Assembly: GCA_040005235.1 (NCBI GenBank)
Contig: JBDTZG010000021.1
Coordinates: 1-64,000 of the forward strand
Direction of reading: 5' to 3'
Origin: Acidobacteriota bacterium
GTDB taxonomy: Bacteria > Acidobacteriota > Thermoanaerobaculia > Multivoradales > UBA5704
Length of the DNA stretch: 64,000 nucleotides
This document shows positions 18,661 to 30,752 of this stretch, piece after piece (position 1 is the stretch's first letter; every line of letters starts with the position of its first letter). The position numbers and the translations under genes were made by a program. The notes beneath the pieces were generated by a model. It searched no databases, had not been told where the DNA came from, and was given only the letters and a program-made list of their open reading frames with translations.

Positions 18661-19509
18661 CTACCCCTCCAACCCCGAATCCTCCAAAAGCGCCTCCAAC
18701 AATCGCGCCAACTTCGCCGCCGCAGCCTTCCCAGCCGTCAGCACCTCGTGGTGATCCACCGGCCCATCCGTAAGCCCCGCGGCGGCGTTCGATACCAGCG
18801 ACAGTCCTAGGCAGCGCAAGCCCATGTGCCGGGCCGCGATGACCTCTAGGACCGTGGACATTCCTGTCATGTCGCCGCCGAGCTGGTGGTAGGCGCGGAC
18901 TTCGGCGGGGGTTTCGTAGCAGGGGCCGGAGACGCCTAGGTAGTTTCCTTCTCCGATGTGGATGCCGAGGCTGCGGCCGGTTTCTTGGGCTCGCTCGCGG
19001 AGGTTGGCGTCGTAGGCGTCGCCCATGTCGGGGAAGCGGGGGCCCCAGGCGGGAGGGAGGTCGCCGCGGAGGGGGTTTAGGCCGGAGAGGTTGATCTGGT
19101 CGCGGATCGCGAGGAGATCGCCCGGGCGGAGGGCGGGGTTGAGGCCGCCGGTTGCGTTGGTCAGGATCAACACCCGGGCGCCGAGCAGGCGGCCTAAGCG
19201 GATCGGGAAGGCGACTTCGTGCGCCGAGTAGCCCTGGTAGCTGTGGAGCCTGCCGCGGTAGTAGAGGACCGGGCGGTCAGGGAGCGGTGCGAGGATCTCG
19301 ACGGTATGCGGGTGCCCCTCGATCGCGTGGATCGGGAAGGGCATCAGGTCGGCAAGGGGGACGGGGCCGTAGGCAGGCTCGCCCAGATCGACCGCGAGAC
19401 CGGAGCCGGAGACCAGGATCACGCCCGGCCGGGGCCAGCCTTTCGCGTCCCAAGCTTCGACCGAGGCGTCGAGCTCGGCGCGGTAGTCGTAGGTATCGGA
19501 TGTGGACAT
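18661..19509 (-). CDS. punA: purine-nucleoside phosphorylase
   Basis: GSGL, GRLH.YQG, TNA.GGL, GP.YETPAE, GMSTV.E, N.AAG. Confidence 0.93.
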   Translation of the reverse strand: MSTSDTYDYRAELDASVEAWDAKGWPRPGVILVSGSGLAVDLGEPAYGPVPLADLMPFPIHAIEGHPHTVEILAPLPDRPVLYYRGRLHSYQGYSAHEVAFPIRLGRLLGARVLILTNATGGLNPALRPGDLLAIRDQINLSGLNPLRGDLPPAWGPRFPDMGDAYDANLRERAQETGRSLGIHIGEGNYLGVSGPCYETPAEVRAYHQLGGDMTGMSTVLEVIAARHMGLRCLGLSLVSNAAAGLTDGPVDHHEVLTAGKAAAAKLARLLEALLEDSGLEG

Positions 19510-19625
19510 GGGGGCCGATAGTAGCGCAGGTGTGGGCTGCGGCCGGGCGCGTTCCCTTGCTTCGGTCGCACTCCTTCTTTAGGGGAGATGACAATTTCGT
19601 CAATCCTGGGAAAAAGGAGACTTCG

Positions 19626-19988
19626 ATGTCGAATCCGATGAGTAGCAAGGTGTTCGGACGTTGGAGTGGCGGAGCTCTGGTCCTTGGTCTTGCGGTCCTG
19701 ACTGCGATTTGGGTCTGCGCTCCCGCGAAGGCGGAAAGTCAGCCGAGCCACTTGAACTGGGTGGCGGTGGATGCCGTGCCAGCGGGGGTCTGCGCGGCGG
19801 CCACGGCCCCGCTCACCCTTCCTGAGCCAATCCAGCTGGCGACCCAGAAGTGTTGTCTCGACGACTGGCAGCCGGGTCCGTGCAACCCGGTGACTCAGAA
19901 ATACTTCGCTTTATGCACGACCGGGTCGGCATGCTCGGTGTGCGGCACGTTCAGCTGCGTGCCCAACACGACGTTCTGCCTCCGATAG
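19626..19988 (+). CDS. small secreted Cys-rich protein
   Basis: RBS AAGGAGA; signal peptide; Pro/Ala linker; C-terminal domain with 8 Cys. Confidence 0.8.
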   Translation: MSNPMSSKVFGRWSGGALVLGLAVLTAIWVCAPAKAESQPSHLNWVAVDAVPAGVCAAATAPLTLPEPIQLATQKCCLDDWQPGPCNPVTQKYFALCTTGSACSVCGTFSCVPNTTFCLR

Positions 19989-20112
19989 ATCCCTCCGTTT
20001 CGAGCCCCGGCCGGCTTCTTTTCGACCCGGGCGCCAAACTGAGCTATCGTTCGCGCCACACCTGCGGGGCCGATTCCATCGACCCCGCGTTCACTCCTGC
20101 CGAAGAGTCCCC

Positions 20113-21606
<1,494 letters not shown>

Positions 21607-21618
21607 GTCGGGTTCGGT

Positions 21619-21636
21619 CTTTACACAAGCTTTACA
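21619..21636. promoter_or_regulatory. CTTTACA direct repeat (11-bp period), possible OmpR/PhoB-family site
   Basis: ctttacacaagctttaca in the short AT-rich gap before lolC/E. Confidence 0.35.
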
Positions 21637-21662
21637 TTCGTGGACTTCCGGAGATTTTTCGC

Positions 21663-22864
21663 TTGGCTTCTCGCCTGCTGCTTCGTCCCTGGCCGTTTCC
21701 CTGGCTGCTTGCGCTCCGCTATTTGAAGAGCACGCGGCGCGACGCGTTCGCTAGCTTTCTGGCGGCGGTGGCGGGGTTGGGGATCGCCGTGGGCGTTGGA
21801 GCGCTGATTCTTTCGCTCGCGGTGATCTCGGGGTTCCAGGAGGCTCTGCGCGGCGAGCTTTTATCTCGCACGCCGGAGATCCTGATCGATCTTCCTCCGG
21901 GGGCCGACGCCGAGGCGGCGAGAGTGGTGGTCGCCGGGGTCGCGGGAATCCGCTCGGCGCGGATCGAAGTGCGGGGGAGCGGCTGGATCGTCGACGGCGG
22001 CAAGGTCCAGCCGGTGGAAATGGTCGGCTTCGAAGGACCGGTGCCGCAGTTTTTTCCCGGCGCGGCGGGGAAGGCCGCCGGCCTCTATCTGCCCGAAGGA
22101 CTTAGCACCCGTTGGGGGTTGCGACCGGGCGAGGTGATCGACGTCGTCTCCCCCAAGCCGACGCTCGCGCCGTTCGGCGGCCCGGTGCCGCGGGTGCGGA
22201 GCCTGCCGCTCTCCGGCACTTACGCTTCGGGCAAAACGCAGGAAGAGCGGGAGCGGATCGGCTTGCCGCGCGATGTGGCCGAAAGCCTTCTCGGTTCAGC
22301 GAATCGGAAGATCGAGGTGGCGGCAGGCGGGTTGGATGCCGCTCTCGCCGCTGCGCCGGGTTTGGTCGCCGCCCTCACTCCGGTCGCTCCCGGAAGCGTT
22401 GTGCGCACCTGGGCGGATTTGAACCGGCCGCTGCTGTTCGCGCTGCGGCTGGAAAAAACGCTCACCTTCGTCGCCGTGTTCCTGATCGTCCTGGTCGCAA
22501 CGCTTGCGCTCGTCGCCTCGCTCTCCCTGGTGATCGCGAGCAAGCGGGCCGAGATCGGTATGCTGGGCGCGATGGGAGCCACGGGAAAGAGTTTGGAGCG
22601 GGCGTTTCGGACCCTCGGCGGACTGATCGCCGGAATCGGCTTGGCTGTCGGCGCTTCCGGGGGCGTGGCGATCGCCTGGGTTCTCGATCACTACAAGCTG
22701 GTGCCGGTGCCCGGCCGGGTCTATTTCCTGGAGTACGTGCCGTTCCTGGTCCAGGGGCGCGATCTCGCCTGGGTGCTGCTGCTGACGTTCGGCTTAGCTC
22801 TCGTCGCCTCGACCTGGGCGGCGCGCCGCGCGGCGGCCCTCGATCCGCTGGACGCCATCCGTCG

Positions 22865-22868
<4 letters not shown>
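21663..22868 (+). CDS. lolE: lipoprotein-releasing ABC permease LolC/E
   Basis: LALRYL, GIAVGV.ALI..L.V.SGF, EIG.L.AMGA, VYF. Confidence 0.88.
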
Positions 22869-23620
<752 letters not shown>

Positions 23621-23660
23621 ACGGCAATCGATCGGGAAATTGATCGGGAGAAGGCCGCGC

Positions 23661-26087
23661 ATGTTTGAGAAGTACAACGAAAAAGCGCGCCGCGCCCTGT
23701 TCTTCGCCCGCTACGAGGCGAGCAAGCTCGGCAGCCGCGTCATCGAGTCCGAGCACATCCTGCTCGGCATTCTGCGCGAAGGCGAAGAGACGGTGGCGGA
23801 GATCTTCCGCCGGCTTCAGGTGAAGCCCGAAGAGGTCCGTCGCGAGATCGAAGGGGAGCGCGTGTTCGTCGAGCGCATCTCGTCGACCGCCGAGCTGCCC
23901 CTGTCGGAAGAATCTAAAAAGATCCTCGCCTATGCCGCCCACGAAGCGGAGAGCATGCTCCATCCGACGGTTGGCTCCGAGCATCTGCTGATCGGCATCC
24001 TGCGCGTCGATGGCTGCCTCGCCCAGCGCATCCTGTCCCACCACGGTTTCGACGTGTACACGGTGCGCGAAGAGGCGCTCGCGATCGCCAAGGAGCGCGA
24101 GGCGTCGCAGCAGAAGAAAGAGCTGCCGTTCCTTTCCGAATACGGCCGCGACTTGACCTCGCTCGCCGCCGAAGGGGCGTTCGATCCGCTGATCGGCCGC
24201 GAAGACGAGGTCGACCGGATCGTCCAGATCCTCTCGCGGCGAAGCAAGAACAACCCGATTCTGCTCGGCGAGCCCGGCGTCGGCAAGACCGCGATCGTCG
24301 AAGGGCTGGCGCAACGGATCGTCGAAGGGCGGGTGCCGATCTTCCTCGCGAACAAGCGGATCGTGGGCTTGGACCTCTCTCTGATCGTCGCCGGCACCAA
24401 ATACCGCGGCCAGTTCGAGGAGCGGTTGAAGGGGATTCTGAAGGAGCTCAAAGAGAGCCGCGATCTGATCGTTTTCATCGACGAGATCCACTCGCTGATC
24501 GGCGCCGGCTCGGCCGAAGGGTCGCTCGACGCGGCGAACATCTTGAAGCCCGCGCTCTCGCGCGGCGAGGTCTCCTGCATCGGAGCGACGACGCTCAAGG
24601 AGTACCGGAAGTACATCGAGAAAGACCGGTCGCTGCTGCGCCGCTTCCAGTCGGTGCAGGTACTGCCGCCCACCCCCGAGCAGACCGAGCAGATTCTCGA
24701 AGGGATCAAGGATCGCTACGAGTCGTTCCACAAGGTGCACTACCAGGACGATGCGATCCGCACCGCGATCCATCAGTCGAACCGCTACATTCCCGACCGC
24801 CATCTGCCGGACAAGGCGATCGACCTTCTCGACGAAGCCGGGGCCAGGGTCAAATTGCGCCGGGTGCGCGACACCCAGAACCTGCGCCGGCTGGAGCAGG
24901 AGATCGGCCTGGTCGTGAAGGAAATGAAGGTCGCGATCTCGGACAAGGATTTCGAGCGCGCCGTCTACCTGCGCGAGCGGGAGATCGAGCTGCGCGAGGA
25001 CCTCGAACGGATGACCCTCACCACAGACGAGAACAGCATCGTCGAGGTGACGCGGCGCGACATCGAAGAGGTGATCGCCTCGTGGACGGGCATTCCGGTC
25101 GCGAATCTGCAAAACGAAGAGGCCGAGCGGCTGATCCAGATGGAGCAGACGCTGGCGCTCCGAGTGGTGGGGCAGGAGCGGGCGATCTCGGCGATCAGCC
25201 GGGCGATCCGCCGCTCGCGTTTGGGCGTCGCGAACCCGCAGCGGCCGATCGGCTCGTTCGTCTTCTTGGGCCCTTCCGGCGTCGGCAAGACCGAGGTCGC
25301 GCGCCAGCTCGCCGATTTCCTGTTCGGCAGCCAGCGCTCGCTGGTCCGCTTCGATATGAGCGAGTACATGGAGAAGCACGCGGTCTCCAAGCTGATCGGC
25401 TCGCCGCCCGGCTACGTCGGCCACGAGGAAGGCGGTCAGTTGACCGAGCGGATTCGCCGCCAGCCCTACTCGTTGATCCTGTTCGACGAGATCGAAAAGG
25501 CGCATCCGGACATCGCGAACCTGTTGCTCCAGATCCTCGAAGACGGCTTGCTCACCGACGCCTACGGCAACCAGGTGGACTTCAGGAACACGCTGGTTTT
25601 GATGACCTCGAACATCGGCAGCCGGCTGGTCGTCCGCGGCGGTCGGATGGGCTTCGGCGATGCCTCGGCCGAAGCTGATTACCGCCGCGTGGAAGAAGAA
25701 ATCCTCGCCGAGCTCAAGCGGACGTTTTCCCCCGAGCTGATCAACCGGCTCGATGAGGTGATCGTGTTCAACCCGCTGGGCGAAAAAGAGCTGCATGCGA
25801 TCGTCGACATCCTGCTCGACGACGTCAATCGAACCCTCTCCAGCCGCGGTTTCACCGTCGCGGTGACCCCGGAGGTCAAGCTCTGGCTGCTGGAACGGGC
25901 GGGGCTCGATCCGTCGACCGGTGCGCGGCCGCTGCGGCGCACGATTCAGCGACACATTCAGGATGCGGTGTCGGAAATACTGATCCATCAGCTCGGCGGT
26001 ACGATTGAACGGATCGACGTCGAGATCGACGGAAGCGAGCTGCGCTTCCATACCCGCGCGCAGGAGATCTTGGCGCCGCAGTTGTAG
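23661..26087 (+). CDS. clpC: ATP-dependent Clp protease ATPase subunit
   Basis: Clp-N repeats, two AAA+ modules (GEPGVGKT, GPSGVGKT), UVR-like middle domain, MGF loop. Confidence 0.95.
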   Translation: MFEKYNEKARRALFFARYEASKLGSRVIESEHILLGILREGEETVAEIFRRLQVKPEEVRREIEGERVFVERISSTAELPLSEESKKILAYAAHEAESMLHPTVGSEHLLIGILRVDGCLAQRILSHHGFDVYTVREEALAIAKEREASQQKKELPFLSEYGRDLTSLAAEGAFDPLIGREDEVDRIVQILSRRSKNNPILLGEPGVGKTAIVEGLAQRIVEGRVPIFLANKRIVGLDLSLIVAGTKYRGQFEERLKGILKELKESRDLIVFIDEIHSLIGAGSAEGSLDAANILKPALSRGEVSCIGATTLKEYRKYIEKDRSLLRRFQSVQVLPPTPEQTEQILEGIKDRYESFHKVHYQDDAIRTAIHQSNRYIPDRHLPDKAIDLLDEAGARVKLRRVRDTQNLRRLEQEIGLVVKEMKVAISDKDFERAVYLREREIELREDLERMTLTTDENSIVEVTRRDIEEVIASWTGIPVANLQNEEAERLIQMEQTLALRVVGQERAISAISRAIRRSRLGVANPQRPIGSFVFLGPSGVGKTEVARQLADFLFGSQRSLVRFDMSEYMEKHAVSKLIGSPPGYVGHEEGGQLTERIRRQPYSLILFDEIEKAHPDIANLLLQILEDGLLTDAYGNQVDFRNTLVLMTSNIGSRLVVRGGRMGFGDASAEADYRRVEEEILAELKRTFSPELINRLDEVIVFNPLGEKELHAIVDILLDDVNRTLSSRGFTVAVTPEVKLWLLERAGLDPSTGARPLRRTIQRHIQDAVSEILIHQLGGTIERIDVEIDGSELRFHTRAQEILAPQL

Positions 26088-26162
26088 CCCGCGGGCTGCC
26101 GATTTGCCGCGGCCCCGGCTATGCTCGGGGCCGTTTCCACTGACGAACTTGGGAGAAGCCTG

Positions 26163-28604
26163 GTGACCGAGACGCCCCTTCGTAAGCAGCGCCCGTTTGG
26201 CCCCGGGGCCCTCGCGGCCCAAGCCGCTCTCTGGCGCCGTTGCCTCGCGCTTCTGATGTTGCCGCTCCTGCTCTCCGCCGGACGGCCGATGGGCGCGCAG
26301 GACGCCGCTCCCAGAACCATTGAGGCAATCGAGACGAAAGGCCTTGCAACCCTGTCGGAAGAGACGCTGCTCTTCTATCTCGGCCTCGAAGTCGGCCAGC
26401 CGCTTTCCGAGCGCGATCTCGACGAGCGGATCAAGCAGCTGTGGGAACGGCGCCTGGTGGACGACATCCAGGTCGATGCCGAGCCGGGAAGCGCCGGCGG
26501 GTCGATCAAGCTGGTGATCACCGTAGTCGAACGGCCGATTCTGCGGTCGATCGACTTCCAGGGGCTGAAGCGGGTGTCGAAAACCGACGTCCAGGACAAG
26601 ATCGCGACCCAGCGCATCCAGGTGCGCGAGAACGATCCGGTCTCTCTGGGCGAGCTGCAGCGGGTGAAGACCTTGATCGAAGAGCTGTACAAGGAAAAAG
26701 GCTACCGCTTCGCTCAGGCCCGCTACACGATCGACGACGTCGGCCCGAACGAAAAGCGGGTGACCTTCTCGGTCGACGAAGGCAACCGGGTGCGGATCGC
26801 CGATCTCAACTTCGAAGGCAACACGGTCTTCAACGACCTCCGCCTGCGCCTGGTGATGAAGAAGACCAAGCAGACGAACCTAATTTCCCGGCTGTCGAAG
26901 CACGACATCTACAGCCCGGCGACGCTCCAGGAAGATCTCGACAAGGTCCGCGACCTCTACCGCGGCGACGGCTACAAGAACGTGGTTTTGGGAGAGCCGA
27001 AGATCGAGGTCAAGGCGAAGCATCCGAACGCCCCGACCGCAAAGCAAAAGCGCCAGATGTACGTGACCATCCCGATCGACGAAGGGGAGCGCTGGAAGTT
27101 CGGCGAGGTGAAGATCGAAGGCAACAAGGTCTACACCGAGGCCGGCCTGCTCCGCCTGCTCCATCAGCGGCCAAACTCCTGGCTGCGGAGCAAGCTCTTG
27201 GACGACGGGGTCAAAGCGATCGACGACGTCTACCGCAACAACGGCTACATCTTCGCGCGCATCGAGCCGGAGGTGATCGAAAAGCCCAACAACGTCGCGG
27301 ACGTGGTGATCCGGGTCACCGAGGGCGATCAGTTCAAGGTCGGCCGGATCGAGTTCGACGGCAACGAAAAAACCCGCGACCGGGTGCTGCGCCGCGAGCT
27401 TCGCCTCCAAGAGGGGAGCGTCATCTCGATCGCCGGGGTGAAAAATACGGTGACCAAGGTCAACCAGCTCGGCTACTTCAAGCTGAACGAGGAAGATCCG
27501 GTCGACATCGACTACGACAGCGCGAACAAGAAGGTGAACCTGGTGTTCAAGGGGCGCGAATCCGAGCGCACCGAGTTGCAGTTCGGCGGCGGCTGGAGCG
27601 AGGTCGACAAGTTCTTCGGCCAATTTTCGGTCAACACCAAGAACTTCCTCGGCCGCGGCGAGCAGGTCGGCCTGTCGGTGCAGACCGGCGGCACGCGCCA
27701 AGCGTTCGACCTGTCGTACTACGTCCCCTGGCTGCGCGACAAGCCGCAGAGCTTGGGGCTGCGCCTGTTCAACCAGGATCTCGATTACGAGGTGTTCACC
27801 GATCAGCGCCTGCAGCGCAAGTCGAAAGGCGCCGTGCTCACCTACGGCCGTTCTTTCGGCCTGTTCCACCAGGCGAGCATCGCCTACAGCCGCGGCAAGT
27901 ACGACGACCAGCAGAGCTTCACCGACGCGATGGGACTGCCTCAGACGGTGCGGTTGAAGATCGACAACTCGTCGCTCAAGCCGTTCTACCTCTACGACAG
28001 CCGCGACAATCCGTTCGAGCCGGTGCGCGGCAAGAAAATCAGCTTGAGCCTAGAGTACGCCGGCGGCTTCCTGGGCGGCGATAACTATTTCTTGCGCCCC
28101 GAGGCGGGAATCAGCTATTTCCATCCGATTTTCCGCGGCTCGGCCAAGACGATCTTCGCCACCAACGTCGAAGCGGGCCTGATCCACAACCTGGACAAGT
28201 TTGCCCTCCCGTTCAACGAGCTCTACCGGCTGGGCGGCGACAACAGCATCCGCGGCCACTCGTTCGGCTCGATCCTGGCCTTGGGCAAGAACGGCGGGCC
28301 GCTGGTGTCCTCCGACGGCATCGTGCTCGGCGGCGATCGGTATTTCCAGGCAAACGTGGAATACCAGTGGCTGCTCGGCGGACCGTTCCGGGTTCTGGCG
28401 TTCGTCGACGCGGGCAACACCTGGAACACCGAGTTCGGCGCCGGGGTCGATTTCAGCACTCTGCGCTACACCACCGGCTTGGAGCTGCGGGTATTGCTGC
28501 CGGTCTTCGGCGCGCCGCTGCGCTTCATTTACGCTTTCAACCTCAACGAGAAGCCGAACGATCGCTTCCAGCGGTTCCAATTCAGCGTCGGCACCAGCTT
28601 CTAG
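26163..28604 (+). CDS. bamA: outer membrane protein assembly factor BamA
   Basis: POTRA repeats, GN.KT.D.VLRRE, NFLGRG, IRG motif, C-terminal FQFSVGTSF; start 26163 (GTG, RBS) or 26121. Confidence 0.95.
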   Translation: MTETPLRKQRPFGPGALAAQAALWRRCLALLMLPLLLSAGRPMGAQDAAPRTIEAIETKGLATLSEETLLFYLGLEVGQPLSERDLDERIKQLWERRLVDDIQVDAEPGSAGGSIKLVITVVERPILRSIDFQGLKRVSKTDVQDKIATQRIQVRENDPVSLGELQRVKTLIEELYKEKGYRFAQARYTIDDVGPNEKRVTFSVDEGNRVRIADLNFEGNTVFNDLRLRLVMKKTKQTNLISRLSKHDIYSPATLQEDLDKVRDLYRGDGYKNVVLGEPKIEVKAKHPNAPTAKQKRQMYVTIPIDEGERWKFGEVKIEGNKVYTEAGLLRLLHQRPNSWLRSKLLDDGVKAIDDVYRNNGYIFARIEPEVIEKPNNVADVVIRVTEGDQFKVGRIEFDGNEKTRDRVLRRELRLQEGSVISIAGVKNTVTKVNQLGYFKLNEEDPVDIDYDSANKKVNLVFKGRESERTELQFGGGWSEVDKFFGQFSVNTKNFLGRGEQVGLSVQTGGTRQAFDLSYYVPWLRDKPQSLGLRLFNQDLDYEVFTDQRLQRKSKGAVLTYGRSFGLFHQASIAYSRGKYDDQQSFTDAMGLPQTVRLKIDNSSLKPFYLYDSRDNPFEPVRGKKISLSLEYAGGFLGGDNYFLRPEAGISYFHPIFRGSAKTIFATNVEAGLIHNLDKFALPFNELYRLGGDNSIRGHSFGSILALGKNGGPLVSSDGIVLGGDRYFQANVEYQWLLGGPFRVLAFVDAGNTWNTEFGAGVDFSTLRYTTGLELRVLLPVFGAPLRFIYAFNLNEKPNDRFQRFQFSVGTSF

Positions 28605-28625
28605 AAAATCAGGAGATCGAACCGT

Positions 28626-29180
28626 ATGTCGCATGCCACTCGCACCGCCCTCCGTCGCGCCGCTCTGGCGTCGGCGCTCGTCCTACTCGCCGGTCCGGCC
28701 CTCCGGGCGCAGGCCACGTCGCCGAAGTTCGGGGTGATCGACGTGCAGGAGATCGTCACCGAATCGGAGACCGGTAAAAAAGTCTTCGCGCAGCTCGAAA
28801 CGTTCGGCAAGGACAAACAGACCGAGCTGGACGGCAAGAGGAAAGAGATCGAAGATCTGCGCGCGAAGCTCGAAGCCGGCAAGAACACGCTCGCCGAGGC
28901 GAAGGTCAAGGAAATGGCCGACCAGATCGAGCAGAAGGGGATCGCGCTCGATCGCGCGCTCGACGACGCGAAGCGCGAGTTCAACCGCCGCCAGCAGGAG
29001 CTGCTCGGCCAGATCGAGCAGAAGGTCTTGCCGATCATCACCCAGATCGGCAAAGAGGGCGCCTACACCTTCATCTTCCGGAAGTTCGACAGCGGACTGA
29101 TCTATGCGGAAGACACCGCGGACATCACCAAGACGGTGATCCAGAAGCTCGACGCCGCGCAGGCCGCGGCCGGCAAATAA
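28626..29180 (+). CDS. skp: Skp/OmpH periplasmic chaperone
   Basis: KFGVIDVQ, coiled coil, DIT..VI..L; follows bamA. Confidence 0.92.
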   Translation: MSHATRTALRRAALASALVLLAGPALRAQATSPKFGVIDVQEIVTESETGKKVFAQLETFGKDKQTELDGKRKEIEDLRAKLEAGKNTLAEAKVKEMADQIEQKGIALDRALDDAKREFNRRQQELLGQIEQKVLPIITQIGKEGAYTFIFRKFDSGLIYAEDTADITKTVIQKLDAAQAAAGK

Positions 29181-29184
29181 CCGG

Positions 29185-30285
29185 GTGGCGATCCGTCTCC
29201 GCGATCTCGCCGCCCAAGTCGGAGGGCGCGTCGAAGGCGACGGGGAGCTCACCGTGTCCGGAGTCCGGCCGCTCGCCGAGGCGGCGGCCGAGCACCTTTC
29301 CCTCTGGAACCATCCGCGCTACCGAGCCGACGCCGAAGCGAGCGGGGCGGGCGCGCTATTGACCACGCCCGCTCTGGCTGCGCAACTGGCTGAGCAGCCG
29401 CCCGAGCAGTTGCCCGAAAGATCGGGGCGAAACCTGTTGCTGGTGGACGACGTGTCTTTCGCTTTGGCCCGGGTGCTCGCACTGCTCCATCCGGAGCGGT
29501 CGCGTCCGCCGGGTATCGCCCTTACGGCGATCGTCGATCCGAGTGCCGAGGTCGATCCTTCGGCGTGGGTCGGCCCCTATGTGGTGATCGAGGCGGGAAG
29601 CCGGATCGGCGCGGGCGCCGCGGTGCATCCGTTCGTCGCGATCGGCCGGGATTGCACGGTGGGCGAGGGAGCGATCCTCTATCCGCACGCGGTGCTTTAC
29701 GACGGCACCGAGATCGGCGCGGCGTCGATCGTCCATGCGGGAGCGGTGATCGGAAGCGACGGCTTCGGCTACGCCACCCATGGCGGCGTGCACCACAAAG
29801 TGCCGCAGGTCGGGCGCGCGGTGATCGAGGCGGAGGTCGAGGTCGGAGCGAACAGCACGATCGACCGGGCGACGCTCGGCGAGACCCGGATCGGCCGCGG
29901 CACGAAGGTGGACAATCTGGTCCAGGTGGGGCACAACGTGAAGGTGGGGGACCGGTCGATCCTCTGCGGCCAGGCCGGCATCGCCGGCTCGACCGAGCTC
30001 GGCCGATACGTCGTGCTCGCGGGCCAGGTGGGGGTCTCCGGCCACCTCGAAGTGGCGGAAGGCACCCAGGTGGCGGCAAAATCCGCGGTGCTCCGCTCGG
30101 CGGAGGTGAAAGGACAGCAGATCGGCGGCATCCCGGCCGTGCCGATCGGCGAGTGGCGCCGCCAGGCGGCCGCGACCGCCCGGCTGCCGGAGGCGATCCG
30201 GCGCCAGAATGATCTAGCGCGCCGGGTGGCGCGGATCGAGGAACGGCTCGACGCGTTCGGCCGCACAGAGGAGGGGGAGGAATGA
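29185..30285 (+). CDS. lpxD: UDP-3-O-acylglucosamine N-acyltransferase
   Basis: Hexapeptide repeats; GSDGFGY, KVPQVG, KVDNLVQVGHN. Confidence 0.96.
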   Translation: MAIRLRDLAAQVGGRVEGDGELTVSGVRPLAEAAAEHLSLWNHPRYRADAEASGAGALLTTPALAAQLAEQPPEQLPERSGRNLLLVDDVSFALARVLALLHPERSRPPGIALTAIVDPSAEVDPSAWVGPYVVIEAGSRIGAGAAVHPFVAIGRDCTVGEGAILYPHAVLYDGTEIGAASIVHAGAVIGSDGFGYATHGGVHHKVPQVGRAVIEAEVEVGANSTIDRATLGETRIGRGTKVDNLVQVGHNVKVGDRSILCGQAGIAGSTELGRYVVLAGQVGVSGHLEVAEGTQVAAKSAVLRSAEVKGQQIGGIPAVPIGEWRRQAAATARLPEAIRRQNDLARRVARIEERLDAFGRTEEGEE

Positions 30286-30752
30286 GCAACCAAGTCCCGG
30301 ACGCCGAAACGGAGGCGCCGAAGCGCGACATCGACTGGATTCTCTCGATCCTGCCGCACCGGTATCCGATCCTGCTGGTCGATCGGGTGCTGGAGCTCGA
30401 ACCCAAGCAGCGGATCGTGGCGATCAAGAACGTGACGATCAACGAGCCGGTCTTCCTCGGCCATTTCCCGCAGAAGCCGGTGATGCCGGGCGTGTTTCTG
30501 ATCGAGGGTCTCGCCCAGGCGGGCGGCCTGCTACTGCTCTCCGAGATGCCCGACCGCGACCGCAAGCTTTTGTTCTTCGCCGGGATCGAGGAGGCGAAGT
30601 TCCGCCGTCCGGTCGTTCCCGGCGATCAGATCCGCTACGAGGTGGAGGTCCTGCGCCTGCGCTCGACCTTCTGCCGCTTCTCCGGCAAAGTCCTGGTCGA
30701 CGGCCAGATCGCGGCCCAGGCGATCCTCTCCTCGGCGATGGTGGATCGCTGA
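30282..30752 (+). CDS. fabZ: 3-hydroxyacyl-ACP dehydratase
   Basis: LPHRYP.LLVD, GHFP..PVMPGV..IE.LAQ. Confidence 0.97.
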   Translation: MSNQVPDAETEAPKRDIDWILSILPHRYPILLVDRVLELEPKQRIVAIKNVTINEPVFLGHFPQKPVMPGVFLIEGLAQAGGLLLLSEMPDRDRKLLFFAGIEEAKFRRPVVPGDQIRYEVEVLRLRSTFCRFSGKVLVDGQIAAQAILSSAMVDR

